From: Chloroflexota bacterium
Lineage (GTDB): Bacteria > Chloroflexota > Dehalococcoidia > Lucifugimonadales > Australimonadaceae
Assembly (NCBI GenBank): GCA_028874795.1
Contig: JAPPHT010000060.1
Location: 15,498 to 79,497, forward strand
Direction of reading: 5' to 3'
DNA length: 64,000 nucleotides
Under the pieces are notes generated by a model, which saw only the letters and a list, made by a program, of their open reading frames with translations, was not told where the DNA came from and made no database searches. This document shows positions 43,882-52,577 of the stretch, one piece after another (within the stretch, counting starts at the first letter, position 1; each line of letters starts with the position of its first letter). Position numbers and translations under genes: made by a program.

Positions 43882-45411
43882 TCACGCGACGCTCGCCAGA
43901 TCCTCAACCAACCTGACCAGTGTGCGTGTGGGGACGCCGGTAGCGCCCTTGACGACGTGGCCGCTGGCGCGCTCGGACATGAACGTGCCCGCGATGTCCA
44001 GGTGCGCCCACTCCACGTCTTCCGTGAACTCGCCGATGAAGAGCGCCGCGGTGATGCTGCCCGCAGGGCGGCCGCCCGTGTTCTTGACGTCCGCGTAGTC
44101 GGAGCGGTTCTGGCGCTTGTACTCCTCGAAGAGCGGCAGTTGCCACATCTTCTCGCCCGTCGCCTTCGACGCCGCCAGCACCGAGTCCACGAGCTCCTGC
44201 GACGTTCCCATGACGCCGCTGGCGACGTGCCCGAGCGCAACGACCACTGCGCCGGTGAGCGTCGCGATGTCAACGACGCGGCGCGCCTTCCTGACCTCCT
44301 TGATGTAGCAGATGGCGTCGGCCAGGATGAGCCGCCCTTCCGCGTCCGTGTTGTCGACCTCGATCGTCTTGCCGTTCATGGCGCGGATGATGTCGCCGGG
44401 CCGCTGCGCGGTGCCCGACGGCATGTTCTCCACCGCGGGGACGACTCCGAAGACGTTGATCTTCGGTTTCAGGGCGGCGATGCCCTTCATCGCGCCGATG
44501 ACGGACGCGCCGCCGCTCATGTCTCCCTTCATCTCCCACATGCTGGCCGCGGGCTTGATGGAGATGCCGCCGGAGTCGAACGTGATGCCCTTGCCGACGA
44601 TGGCGACGTTGTTGTCCGGGTGCTCAGGGTCGCCCGCATACTCCATGACGATGAGGCGGGGTTCGTTGGCGCTGCCCTGCGTCACGGCGAGCATCGCGCC
44701 CATCCCGCGCTCCAGCATGTCCTCCCGTCCGAGGACCGTGATGGGGAGCCCCGCGTCGTTCGCCACGTCGGTCGCGACCTCTGCCATTCGGGCGGGGTTG
44801 ACGACGTTCGCCGGCTCGTTGACGAGGTCGCGCGCAAGGATGGCGCACTCCGCGAGGAGCGTTCCCTTGGCCGCCCCTGCCGCGAGCGGTTGCACGCGTC
44901 CCGCGTCCCGCTCCACGATGACGAGCTCGTCGAGCGACTTGCCGTCGTTGCCGTCGCTGCCGTTGGACTTCGTGCGGTAGCGCTTGAACTCGTAGAGGCC
45001 CAGCAGCGTGCCCTCCGCCATCGCCTGCGCCGATGCGCCCGCATCCAGACCGCCGATGCCCGCGCCGTGGGCGATGGCCGCGGCGCGCCTGGCGCCCATC
45101 TGGCGCAGCCGCCGCGCCACCCCACCGGAGACGGCGCGGACCACGTCCGTGTCGAACCGCTCGCGCTTACCGAGTCCGGCCACGACCACGCGCTTGGCCG
45201 GAAGCTTGCCGAACGTATGGATGGTGACGGTCTCTCCCTGTGTGCCGGTGATCTCCTTGTCCGCGATGAGCGCGGAGATGGCGCCGTCCAACGCCTGGTC
45301 CACGGCGCCGGTCCCGCCGCCGGGAGAGGTCACTCCCTGGAACAGGTTGACGACGATGGCGTCCGCTTCGTACTGGGTTATGGAGCCTTCCGCAACTCGC
45401 ACAGTGGTCAT
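43882..45411 (-). CDS. pepA: Leucyl aminopeptidase (M17 family)
   Basis: 509 aa from MTTVRVAEG. It has VGKGITFDSGGISIKP and NTDAEGRLILADA, the signature M17 motifs. Confidence 0.92.
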   Translation of the reverse strand: MTTVRVAEGSITQYEADAIVVNLFQGVTSPGGGTGAVDQALDGAISALIADKEITGTQGETVTIHTFGKLPAKRVVVAGLGKRERFDTDVVRAVSGGVARRLRQMGARRAAAIAHGAGIGGLDAGASAQAMAEGTLLGLYEFKRYRTKSNGSDGNDGKSLDELVIVERDAGRVQPLAAGAAKGTLLAECAILARDLVNEPANVVNPARMAEVATDVANDAGLPITVLGREDMLERGMGAMLAVTQGSANEPRLIVMEYAGDPEHPDNNVAIVGKGITFDSGGISIKPAASMWEMKGDMSGGASVIGAMKGIAALKPKINVFGVVPAVENMPSGTAQRPGDIIRAMNGKTIEVDNTDAEGRLILADAICYIKEVRKARRVVDIATLTGAVVVALGHVASGVMGTSQELVDSVLAASKATGEKMWQLPLFEEYKRQNRSDYADVKNTGGRPAGSITAALFIGEFTEDVEWAHLDIAGTFMSERASGHVVKGATGVPTRTLVRLVEDLASVA

Positions 45412-45518
45412 ATCGCGCTGCCTCACTTGCCGGGGTCGCGTTAGCGTACCACAGGGGAGGGCGGGGGTTAGCGGGCGTCTTCCGCGCTCAGGGACCTTTG
45501 CGTAACCCATCCACCCAC

Positions 45519-45652
45519 GGAGGGCCCTCACCCCCGCATCAAGTGCGGGGCAGGCTCTAACCCTCTCCCCCAGGAGAGGGGATCCGACCCACCCCGCCGC
45601 TGGATCCCTGCCTCCGCCGGCATGACGGAGGCCTTTTCGCAGGAACGACGGG
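45519..45652. repeat. Hairpin-module cluster (F1/F5 hybrid, degenerate F3, half F2)
   Basis: ggagggccctcacccccgcatcaagtgcggggcaggctctaaccctctcccccaggagaggggatc; ctggatccctgcctccgccggcatgac; ttttcgcaggaacgac. Confidence 0.8.
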
Positions 45653-45662
45653 GCGGAGATGC

Positions 45663-46517
45663 TCAGTCCACCGGATGGAAGGCGCAGCCGACGAGTCCGG
45701 GGCCGGTGTGCGCTCCGATGGCGGGCGTGAACTCCGTGATGAACAGTTCCTCGATGCGCAGATGGGACCGCAGGCGCTCCGCAAGCATCTCGGCCTTTCC
45801 CGGCTCGGCGGCGTGCATGACGGCGGCACGCGTGGGGCGGCCCTCCGTGCGCTCTGCGGCGATGGCGGTGAGGCGGGCGAGCGCCTTCGCCTCTGTCCGG
45901 GGCCGCTCCACCATGCCGATGCGCCCGGCGGAGAGCTGGAGGATGGGCTTGAGCTTGAGGATGCTCCCCATCCACATGAAGAGCCGCGGCACGCGGCCGC
46001 CACGCCAGAGGTAGTAGAGCGTGTCGAGATAGCCGATGAAGTGGGTGTCGCCGATGCGCCGCTGTATGCGGACAAGTACGTCGTCCGTGGACGCTCCGGA
46101 AGCTGCGGACCGCGCGGCATCGAGCGCGATGAGCCCCTGCGCCGCACCCGCGCTGCGCGAGTCCACGAGCGAGACGCGCAGGTGCGGCAGCTGCGTCCCT
46201 GCAAGCCGGACGGCCTCTTCCGCCGCGCTGTGGGCCGCACTCAGGTCGGCCGAGAGCGTTATGCAGACGATATCGTCCGCAGCCTCGCCGGCGCGGCGGA
46301 AGGCGTCCAGGAACGCACCGGGAGACGGCGCCGAGGTCGTGGGGAACTCGTCGCTCGACCTCAGCAGTTCGTAGAAGTCGGCAGGAGCGATGTCCACGCC
46401 GTCTGCGTAGACGCGTCCTCCGATGCGGACCTCCAGCGGCGCAAAGAAGAGCGGCAGCCGGTGCGTGACGTCCGCAGGCAGAGAGACGTTGGAATCGGAG
46501 ACGACGGCTGTGGACAT
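45663..46517 (-). CDS. DegV family fatty-acid-binding protein
   Basis: 284 aa with VVSDSNVSLPAD...PTTSAPSPGAFLDAF...ITLSADLSAAHSAA, the typical DegV pattern. Confidence 0.88.
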   Translation of the reverse strand: MSTAVVSDSNVSLPADVTHRLPLFFAPLEVRIGGRVYADGVDIAPADFYELLRSSDEFPTTSAPSPGAFLDAFRRAGEAADDIVCITLSADLSAAHSAAEEAVRLAGTQLPHLRVSLVDSRSAGAAQGLIALDAARSAASGASTDDVLVRIQRRIGDTHFIGYLDTLYYLWRGGRVPRLFMWMGSILKLKPILQLSAGRIGMVERPRTEAKALARLTAIAAERTEGRPTRAAVMHAAEPGKAEMLAERLRSHLRIEELFITEFTPAIGAHTGPGLVGCAFHPVD

Positions 46518-46605
46518 GAGCGTCCGGCATTATAGGGCGCGGGAGGTTCCGTGTACCGCGCCTGGGCGCGCGAGGTTGTTCTTCCCACGCGTCGGTCCGG
46601 GGCTG

Positions 46606-46863
46606 TCAGCCGAGGCTGACGATGGCCCTCTGCAGAATGATGAGCACGATGATGGCGATGAGGGGTGTGAGGTCCAGCATGCCGGCAGCGGGGATGACCC
46701 GCCGCAGGGGGCGGTAGATGGGGTCCAGCGCCATGCTGATGGTCTGGTAGAGACGCATGACCGTGTCGTTCCGGACTCCCGCAAGAAGAAGCCACGAGAG
46801 GAGCGCGTGGGCAAGTATGGTGAGGAACAGGATATTGATGATGAGCAGGGCGAGGTCCTTCAC
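46606..46863 (-). CDS. yggT: YggT family membrane protein
   Basis: 85 aa; ILAHALLSWL...LDPIYRPLRRVIPAAGMLDLTPLIAIIVL matches YggT/Ycf19. Confidence 0.88.
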   Translation of the reverse strand: MKDLALLIINILFLTILAHALLSWLLLAGVRNDTVMRLYQTISMALDPIYRPLRRVIPAAGMLDLTPLIAIIVLIILQRAIVSLG

Positions 46864-47666
46864 CGCTTGCCTCCCAGTTCCTGCGAGCGATGGAACGCGG
46901 CAGTGACGCCCTCGATGAGGGCACTCTTGAACCCCTTGCGCTCCAACTCCCGGAGCGCGGCTGCAGTGGTGCCTCCCGGGGACGTCACCCGCTCGCGCAG
47001 GATGGCGGCCGCTTCGCCGGACTCGGCGGCGAGCCTGGCGGAGCCGAGGGTGGTCTCAACCGCAAGCGTCTGCGCCATGTCTCGCGGCATGCCGACGAAC
47101 ACGCCGGCTTCGGTGAGCGCCTCGATGAAGGCGAACACGTAAGCGGGGCCGCTGCCCGATACCGCGGTCGCCATGTCCAGGTAGTCCTCACTGTCCACGC
47201 GCCATTCACGTCCCAGCGTTCCGAGGAGGGATGCGGCAGCCCGCCGCGCGGTGTCCGGCACCTCGGAGGTCGCCGTCCAGACGGAGATGCCGGCCCCGAT
47301 CTGAGCGGGGGTGTTCGGCATGACGCGGATGATGCGGTCGTGACCCAGCCCGTCGGCGAGCGACCGTATCGTCACGCCAGCCGCGATGGAGAGCACGGTC
47401 TGCTCAGCGTCCAGCGCGCCGTGAAGGTCGTGGTAGACATGGCCCGCATGCTGGGGCTTCACGGCGATGACGACCATCTCAGCGCCGTTGACGGCTGTCG
47501 TGTTGTCGGGGTGGGCGGCGATGCCGTAGCGCTGGCTGAGTTCGGCGCGGCGGGCGGGTATCGGCTCACCGACGGCAACGTCGTCCGCTGCGCACAGGCC
47601 GGAGGCGATCGCTCTGCTGAGCATCGCTTCCGCCATGACGCCCCCGCCCGCAAACCCGACGCGCAT
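46860..47666 (-). CDS. proC: Pyrroline-5-carboxylate reductase
   Basis: Start at MRVGFAGGGVMAEAML. RVMPNTPAQIGAG and SPGGTTAAALRELE are ProC hallmarks. Its stop overlaps the yggT start by 4 nt. Confidence 0.9.
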   Translation of the reverse strand: MRVGFAGGGVMAEAMLSRAIASGLCAADDVAVGEPIPARRAELSQRYGIAAHPDNTTAVNGAEMVVIAVKPQHAGHVYHDLHGALDAEQTVLSIAAGVTIRSLADGLGHDRIIRVMPNTPAQIGAGISVWTATSEVPDTARRAAASLLGTLGREWRVDSEDYLDMATAVSGSGPAYVFAFIEALTEAGVFVGMPRDMAQTLAVETTLGSARLAAESGEAAAILRERVTSPGGTTAAALRELERKGFKSALIEGVTAAFHRSQELGGKR

Positions 47667-47781
47667 ACGCTGTGTCCTCCGTATACGAAGCGCCAGCGCG
47701 ATGTCCGTGCCGGCGCACGCCAGAGTATAGCACCGGGGGGTGGCAGGAGGGGTTCCCGTGACCCGGAGTACCCTCTCTCTG

Positions 47782-47953
47782 GCCCTCTCCCCTTGTAGGG
47801 CGAGGGGATCAGACACCCCAGCCCCACCGGAGGGCCCTCACCCGCCGCGCAAGCGCGTCGACCTCTCCCTCAGGAGAGGTGAGGGGCAAGATTCTCGCGT
47901 TCGCGGAAATGACGGGTGGAGGGATGCAAGGTTCCTGCCTCCGCAGGAACGAC
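47782..47953. repeat. Hairpin-module cluster (F5-like, F1, F3 variant, F2)
   Basis: ccctctccccttgtagggcgaggggatc; ggccctcacccgccgcgcaagcgcgtcgacctctccctcaggagaggtgagggg; gattctcgcgttcgcggaaatgac; gttcctgcctccgcaggaacgac. Confidence 0.85.
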
Positions 47954-47960
47954 GGGTGCG

Positions 47961-48980
47961 TCAGGCGTTGCGGGGGGAGGGAAGACGGCCGGTGCGAGAG
48001 ACCTCCGCGGCATAGCGGATGGCCTCGATCATGCCTTGCGGATCGGCGACGCCCTTGCCGGCGATGTCGAACGCGGTCCCGTGGTCGACGGAGGTCCGCA
48101 GGAAGGGCAGACCGATGTTGAGCGTGATGCTGGCCGCCCAGTCGTGCACCTTGACGGCGATGTGGCCCTGGTCGTGATACATCGCGAGCACGGCGTCGTA
48201 CCGGCCCTCGATAGCCTGGCCGAAGACGGAGTCGGCAGGCACCGGGCCGGTGGCGTCTATGCCTTCGGCGTTGGCGTCGTCGACGGCCGGGCGTATCTCC
48301 TCGATCTCCTCTGTGCCGATGAGCCCGGCCTCGCCGCCGTGGGGGTTGAGGGCTGCGACGCCGATGCGCGGCTCAGGGATGCCGTGCGCGGCGAAGAAAT
48401 CGTTGGTGAGGCGCAGGGCTTCGAGTACACGGTCGCGCGTGACGTGGAGAGCGGCCTCGCGGAGTGGGTGGTGCGTGGTGAGATGGACCACGTTCAGGCC
48501 GTTGGTGAGGAGCATGGTGAGGACACGGGGAACGCCGGCGAGATTCTGGTATATCTCCTGGTGTCCGAAGTCCCGGTGACCCGCAAGTCTCGCCGCTTCC
48601 TTGCTGATCGGCGCGGTGGCGATGGCGTCCACTGCGCCCTCCATCGCGAGGCGGGCAGCGGCAGAGGCCCACTCCACCGCCGCGGCTCCGGCGCGTGGGG
48701 AGGTCTCGCCGTAGGGCAGGGCAGCGAGGCCGTCGTCATCGTGCGGAGAGATGACGTTCACGAGACCCGGTGCGGGGGCTTCCGTGGTGTCGTCGACGCC
48801 TCGAGCGCGCAGGCCGCTTCCCACGAGGTCGAACGCCCTGTCGAGCACGGAGGGCGAGCCGACGACGAACAGCGCTGCATCTTCGTCCATGCCGGGGTGT
48901 GAGAGCGCCCTGGCTACCACCTCCGGCCCGATGCCGGTGGGGTCCCCCAGGGTTATGCCTATGCGCGGGCGTGCGTCCAT
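47961..48980 (-). CDS. pdxA: 4-hydroxythreonine-4-phosphate dehydrogenase
   Basis: Start at MDARPRIGITLGDPTGIGPEV. NPHGGEAG and HDQGHIAVK...TSVDHGTAFDIAGKG are PdxA signatures. Confidence 0.9.
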   Translation of the reverse strand: MDARPRIGITLGDPTGIGPEVVARALSHPGMDEDAALFVVGSPSVLDRAFDLVGSGLRARGVDDTTEAPAPGLVNVISPHDDDGLAALPYGETSPRAGAAAVEWASAAARLAMEGAVDAIATAPISKEAARLAGHRDFGHQEIYQNLAGVPRVLTMLLTNGLNVVHLTTHHPLREAALHVTRDRVLEALRLTNDFFAAHGIPEPRIGVAALNPHGGEAGLIGTEEIEEIRPAVDDANAEGIDATGPVPADSVFGQAIEGRYDAVLAMYHDQGHIAVKVHDWAASITLNIGLPFLRTSVDHGTAFDIAGKGVADPQGMIEAIRYAAEVSRTGRLPSPRNA

Positions 48981-49204
48981 GGTCCGACGTCCTTGTGGGT
49001 GCGCAGGCATTATAGCGGGTTAACGAGGGCGGGCCCCGCGGGATAATACCCAACGGGGCCCGATGGCCCGCTCCCGTGGCGCGTCGAGAGGGGCCTGCGG
49101 AGGAGGGAGACGTGGAAGAGCGCAGGGGAGCGCGCACTTCCGGTCGCTGCAGCCCGAGGGCCGCAGCACGTAAGCGTCGTTATGTTGTCCAGGCGGGAAG
49201 TGGG

Positions 49205-49789
49205 TCAGCCGCGTGCGGCGCTGCCGTCCAACGGCCTCGTCATGCTGGGCCTGCGGCCCCGGCGTCCGGTGCGCTTGACGGGCACCGCGAACTCGTTGGG
49301 GATGAGGGTGAGCTGGCTGACGCCTTCGTCGGAAGATGCCGCGCCGGTGGCCTGGAACTCGCGTATCTCCTCAATGAACCCGTCCAGCGTGTCGTAGTCG
49401 CGGTAGACGCTGGCGTAGCGGACATAGGCGACAGGGTCGAGCTGGCGCAGGCGTTCGAGCGTCAGGTCGCCGATGACGGAGGCGGGGACTTCGGCCTTGC
49501 CGAGGTCCTGGAGGTCGTTCTCGATCTCACCGACGAGCTTCTCCAGCGTGCCGCTGGGAAGAGGACGCTTGGTGCAGGCAAGGCGGATGCTGCGCAGGAG
49601 CTTCTGCTTGTCGAACTCGTCGCGCCGGCCATCGCGTTTGATGACCTGGAGCGTAGCGTGCTGGATGCGCTCGTATGTGGTGAAGCGTACGCCGCACCTG
49701 ACGCACTCCCTGCGCCGGCGGATGTCCTGACCGGTGTCCCGCGAGTCGGTTACGCGGGTGTTGGGGTCTCCGCAGTTCGGACAATGCAT
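49205..49789 (-). CDS. nrdR: Transcriptional repressor NrdR (zinc ribbon plus ATP-cone) with C-terminal extension
   Basis: MHCPNCGDPNTRVTDSRDTGQDIRRRRECVRCGVRFTTYE followed by an ATP-cone (VIKRDGRRDEFDKQKL). Confidence 0.92.
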   Translation of the reverse strand: MHCPNCGDPNTRVTDSRDTGQDIRRRRECVRCGVRFTTYERIQHATLQVIKRDGRRDEFDKQKLLRSIRLACTKRPLPSGTLEKLVGEIENDLQDLGKAEVPASVIGDLTLERLRQLDPVAYVRYASVYRDYDTLDGFIEEIREFQATGAASSDEGVSQLTLIPNEFAVPVKRTGRRGRRPSMTRPLDGSAARG

Positions 49790-50042
49790 CGCGACCCTCT
49801 CGGCTGAGATCGTTCGGTGTCTCCGGAACAGGAGACTCCGTCCGTGCCTTGGACAACAATATAGAGGATTTTAAGGTGCGCGGGCTACCAGATAAAGCCC
49901 TTTTGGCTGACGGCGGCTATTCTTCTGCAACCCGCGCGAAAAGTCAATAGGCAATTTCGCCGATTCTACCAGCAGTATGTAGAAACCGGGCAGCCGGTAG
50001 CACATATTGCGTTAATACATCCATCACGCCGGACAAGCGAAG

Positions 50043-50069
50043 GCCCCCGGAAGGGTCCCTTCCGGGGGC
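50043..50069 (-). terminator. Strong GC hairpin downstream of ftsZ (candidate intrinsic terminator)
   Basis: gcccccggaaggg t cccttccgggggc has 13-nt perfectly complementary arms about 100 nt after the ftsZ stop. The minus-strand 3' flank cuucgcuug is only moderately U-rich. Confidence 0.45.
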
Positions 50070-50165
50070 TTGATCGCCAAACCTGCGGAGCGGGCCTGGG
50101 GAACCTGCCCCGCGCTCCGCCGCCGTGGGGGACAGGCGGCGAAGTTCGGTTGCTCTGGTTGTGCT

Positions 50166-51254
50166 CTACTCCGCCCGCCGGTTGGTGGGGCGGAGGAACG
50201 GCGGCAGGTCGAAGTCGGCTTCGTCGCTGATAGCGCGGCGGAGGAACTCGGCGATGCCGTCGTCGTTGAGGCTCATCTGCTCGATGCTCGGGAGGCCGGT
50301 GGCGATGATGGTGACGCACATCTCGTCCTCCATCTTGGGGTCCGTGACCATACCGAAGATGATGTTGGCGTCCGGGTCGACGGAGTTGGCGATGACGTCG
50401 GCGGCGCGCTGCACTTCCTTGAGGGTCATGTTGGTGCCGCCGGTGATGTTGAGGAGAACGCCCCGGGCGCCTTCTATGTTGACGTCCAGCATGGGGCTGT
50501 GGACGGCGCTCTTGGCAGCCTCTATCGCGCGGTTCTCGCCGTGGGCGGAGCCGATGGACATCCAGGCCGGGCCGGCGCCGGTCATGATGGTCTTGACGTC
50601 GGCGAAGTCCAGGTTGATCTCGCCGGGGACCGTCACCAGCTCCGCGATGGACTTGACGCCGAGGCGCAGCACGTCGTCCGCGAGCTTGAAGGCGTCTTCG
50701 GCGGACAGGTCGTCGTCGCACATGGCGCCGAGGCGGTCGTTCGGGACGACGATGAGGGTGTCGACAGCCTCGCGCAGGCGGGCCAGTCCGTCGTCGGCGG
50801 TCTTGCCGCGCTTTCGTCCCTCGAACCGGAAGGGCTTGGTGACGACGGCGATGGTGAGAGCGCCGGTCTCGCGGGCTACCTCAGCGACGACGGGAGCCGC
50901 GCCTGTTCCGGTGCCTCCGCCCATGCCGCTGGCGATGAAGAGCATGTCCGCGCCGCGGACCGACTCGTAGATCTCCTCGCGGGACTCTTCGGCTGCGGTA
51001 CGACCGATCTCAGGGTCGCCGCCGACACCGAGACCGCGCGTGATCGTGTCGCCGATGCGAATCTTGACCGGCACGTCGAGACGCACGAGGTGCTGGGCGT
51101 CCGTGTTCACGGCGAGGTACTCGACGTGCGGGACACGCTCGCGGTACATGCGGTTAACAGCGTTGCAGCCTCCGCCGCCTACGCCGATGACCTTGACGCG
51201 CGCGATGCCGTCGATATCCGCCTTGTGCTCGTTACCGAAGAGTTCCATTGTCAT
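50166..51254 (-). CDS. ftsZ: Cell division GTPase FtsZ
   Basis: 362 aa with the GGGTGTGAAPVVAE tubulin signature and NTDAQHL. Confidence 0.97.
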   Translation of the reverse strand: MTMELFGNEHKADIDGIARVKVIGVGGGGCNAVNRMYRERVPHVEYLAVNTDAQHLVRLDVPVKIRIGDTITRGLGVGGDPEIGRTAAEESREEIYESVRGADMLFIASGMGGGTGTGAAPVVAEVARETGALTIAVVTKPFRFEGRKRGKTADDGLARLREAVDTLIVVPNDRLGAMCDDDLSAEDAFKLADDVLRLGVKSIAELVTVPGEINLDFADVKTIMTGAGPAWMSIGSAHGENRAIEAAKSAVHSPMLDVNIEGARGVLLNITGGTNMTLKEVQRAADVIANSVDPDANIIFGMVTDPKMEDEMCVTIIATGLPSIEQMSLNDDGIAEFLRRAISDEADFDLPPFLRPTNRRAE

Positions 51255-51374
51255 AACCGTTACCCCTTTGCCCTGGTCCTGGTATTCGGACTGTTGGTGT
51301 GCTGTCTGTCCTGTAACGCCTCATCCGCTCTTTGCCCCGCTATTCCCGCTGCGGGAATGGCTTGTGTGGTCGGC

Positions 51375-52577
51375 TCATGCGCCCACCCCCGTTGGTTCCC
51401 TGGACTTGAACCGTGAGAACCAGCCTCCGGACCGTCCCCGGAGCGCCCCGGCGCCGTTCAGCCCGGTGAGCGCCTCGACGTGCCGTTGACGCATGGCCCA
51501 AAGCAGCAGGCCAACGGCCGTGGAGTAGGCGGGGTCCATCAGCTCATCCGGCAGCCCAAGCGTTGGCGAGGGTGTTCCCAGGCGCACGGGCCTCTTGCCG
51601 TAGTCGGCCACGATGTCCACAAGCCCGGGCAGCTCGGATGCTCCGCCGGTCAGCACGATGCCGCCCGACGGGATGTGTGTGAGCCCGTTGGAGGCGAGGC
51701 GCTGCATGATCATGCGTACGAGCTCCACGGCCCGGTCATGCAGCAACCGGTTCAGCTTCTTCAGGTGGACGGACGTGACACTGCTGCCCAGCCCCGGCTT
51801 CACCTCAGCGGTGTCCCGCTCGGCGAGGTGCTCGAACCAGACCGAGCCCTTGGAGATCTTCACGCGCTCGGCGGCGATGGGCAGCAGGCCCAATCCGGTT
51901 GCGATGTCGGTGGTGAAGTGCTGGCCCGCGACGGGAATGCTGGTGGTGTACCAGGGGGACCCTTCACGGTAGACGACGACGTCGGTGGAACCGCCGCCGA
52001 TGTCCACGAGCACCACGCCCAGTACCCGCTCGTCCGAGTTGAGGACCGCCTCTCCACTGGCCAGGTGCTCAACGACGAGCCCGCGGAGGGTGATACCCGC
52101 TGCCGAGAGGGTGGCGATGAGCGTGTCCACGGGGACCGAGTCGCCCATGATGACGTGTGACTCTTCGAACGAGCGTGGGACAGTCTGGACCACACGCATC
52201 CCGATGGGGTTGTGGGCTATGGACTGCATCAGCCCGTCAACGTTCGACTGGGTGAAGTAGCCCTCGCCATTGACGATGCCGTTCTCCGCGTCATCCTTGC
52301 TGACGTTGTGGGACTGGAAGTGGCTGCCGGTAACGCCGGCGATGGCGGGCGGGAGCCTGCGTCCCAGCGCCTTCTCCGCCTCATTCGCCGATAGACGGAT
52401 GCACTCCTTCATGGCGTCCGGTGTAACGACCAACCCCTTGCGCATACCGGCGGAAGCCGCGTAGCCCCTGGCGAGGACCTCCACCCCGCCGTCCATGCCG
52501 GCCCTCGCGACGAGGGTGACGACCTTCGTCGTGCCGACATCGATGGCGGTATAGAGCTGTTCACGCGAGTTTGTCAT
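51375..52577 (-). CDS. ftsA: Cell division protein FtsA (actin-like ATPase)
   Basis: 400 aa with AIDVGTTKVV and VLVDIGGGSTDVVVY phosphate-binding motifs, and IVLTGGASELPGL. Confidence 0.92.
   Translation of the reverse strand: MTNSREQLYTAIDVGTTKVVTLVARAGMDGGVEVLARGYAASAGMRKGLVVTPDAMKECIRLSANEAEKALGRRLPPAIAGVTGSHFQSHNVSKDDAENGIVNGEGYFTQSNVDGLMQSIAHNPIGMRVVQTVPRSFEESHVIMGDSVPVDTLIATLSAAGITLRGLVVEHLASGEAVLNSDERVLGVVLVDIGGGSTDVVVYREGSPWYTTSIPVAGQHFTTDIATGLGLLPIAAERVKISKGSVWFEHLAERDTAEVKPGLGSSVTSVHLKKLNRLLHDRAVELVRMIMQRLASNGLTHIPSGGIVLTGGASELPGLVDIVADYGKRPVRLGTPSPTLGLPDELMDPAYSTAVGLLLWAMRQRHVEALTGLNGAGALRGRSGGWFSRFKSREPTGVGA

Noticed and set aside
43882-46530. 882-aa minus-strand ORF apparently extending pepA far upstream
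   Set aside because: Only the last 509 codons (from MTTVRVAEG, 45411) are M17 aminopeptidase. The upstream part reads through a hairpin-repeat cluster and a wrong frame of the degV region.
49997-50016. NrdR-box-like sequence (gtagcacatattgcgttaat) upstream of nrdR
   Set aside because: It matches the recalled 16-bp NrdR-box palindrome only partially, lacks a tandem second box, and no nrd gene is adjacent. The evidence is too weak to call.
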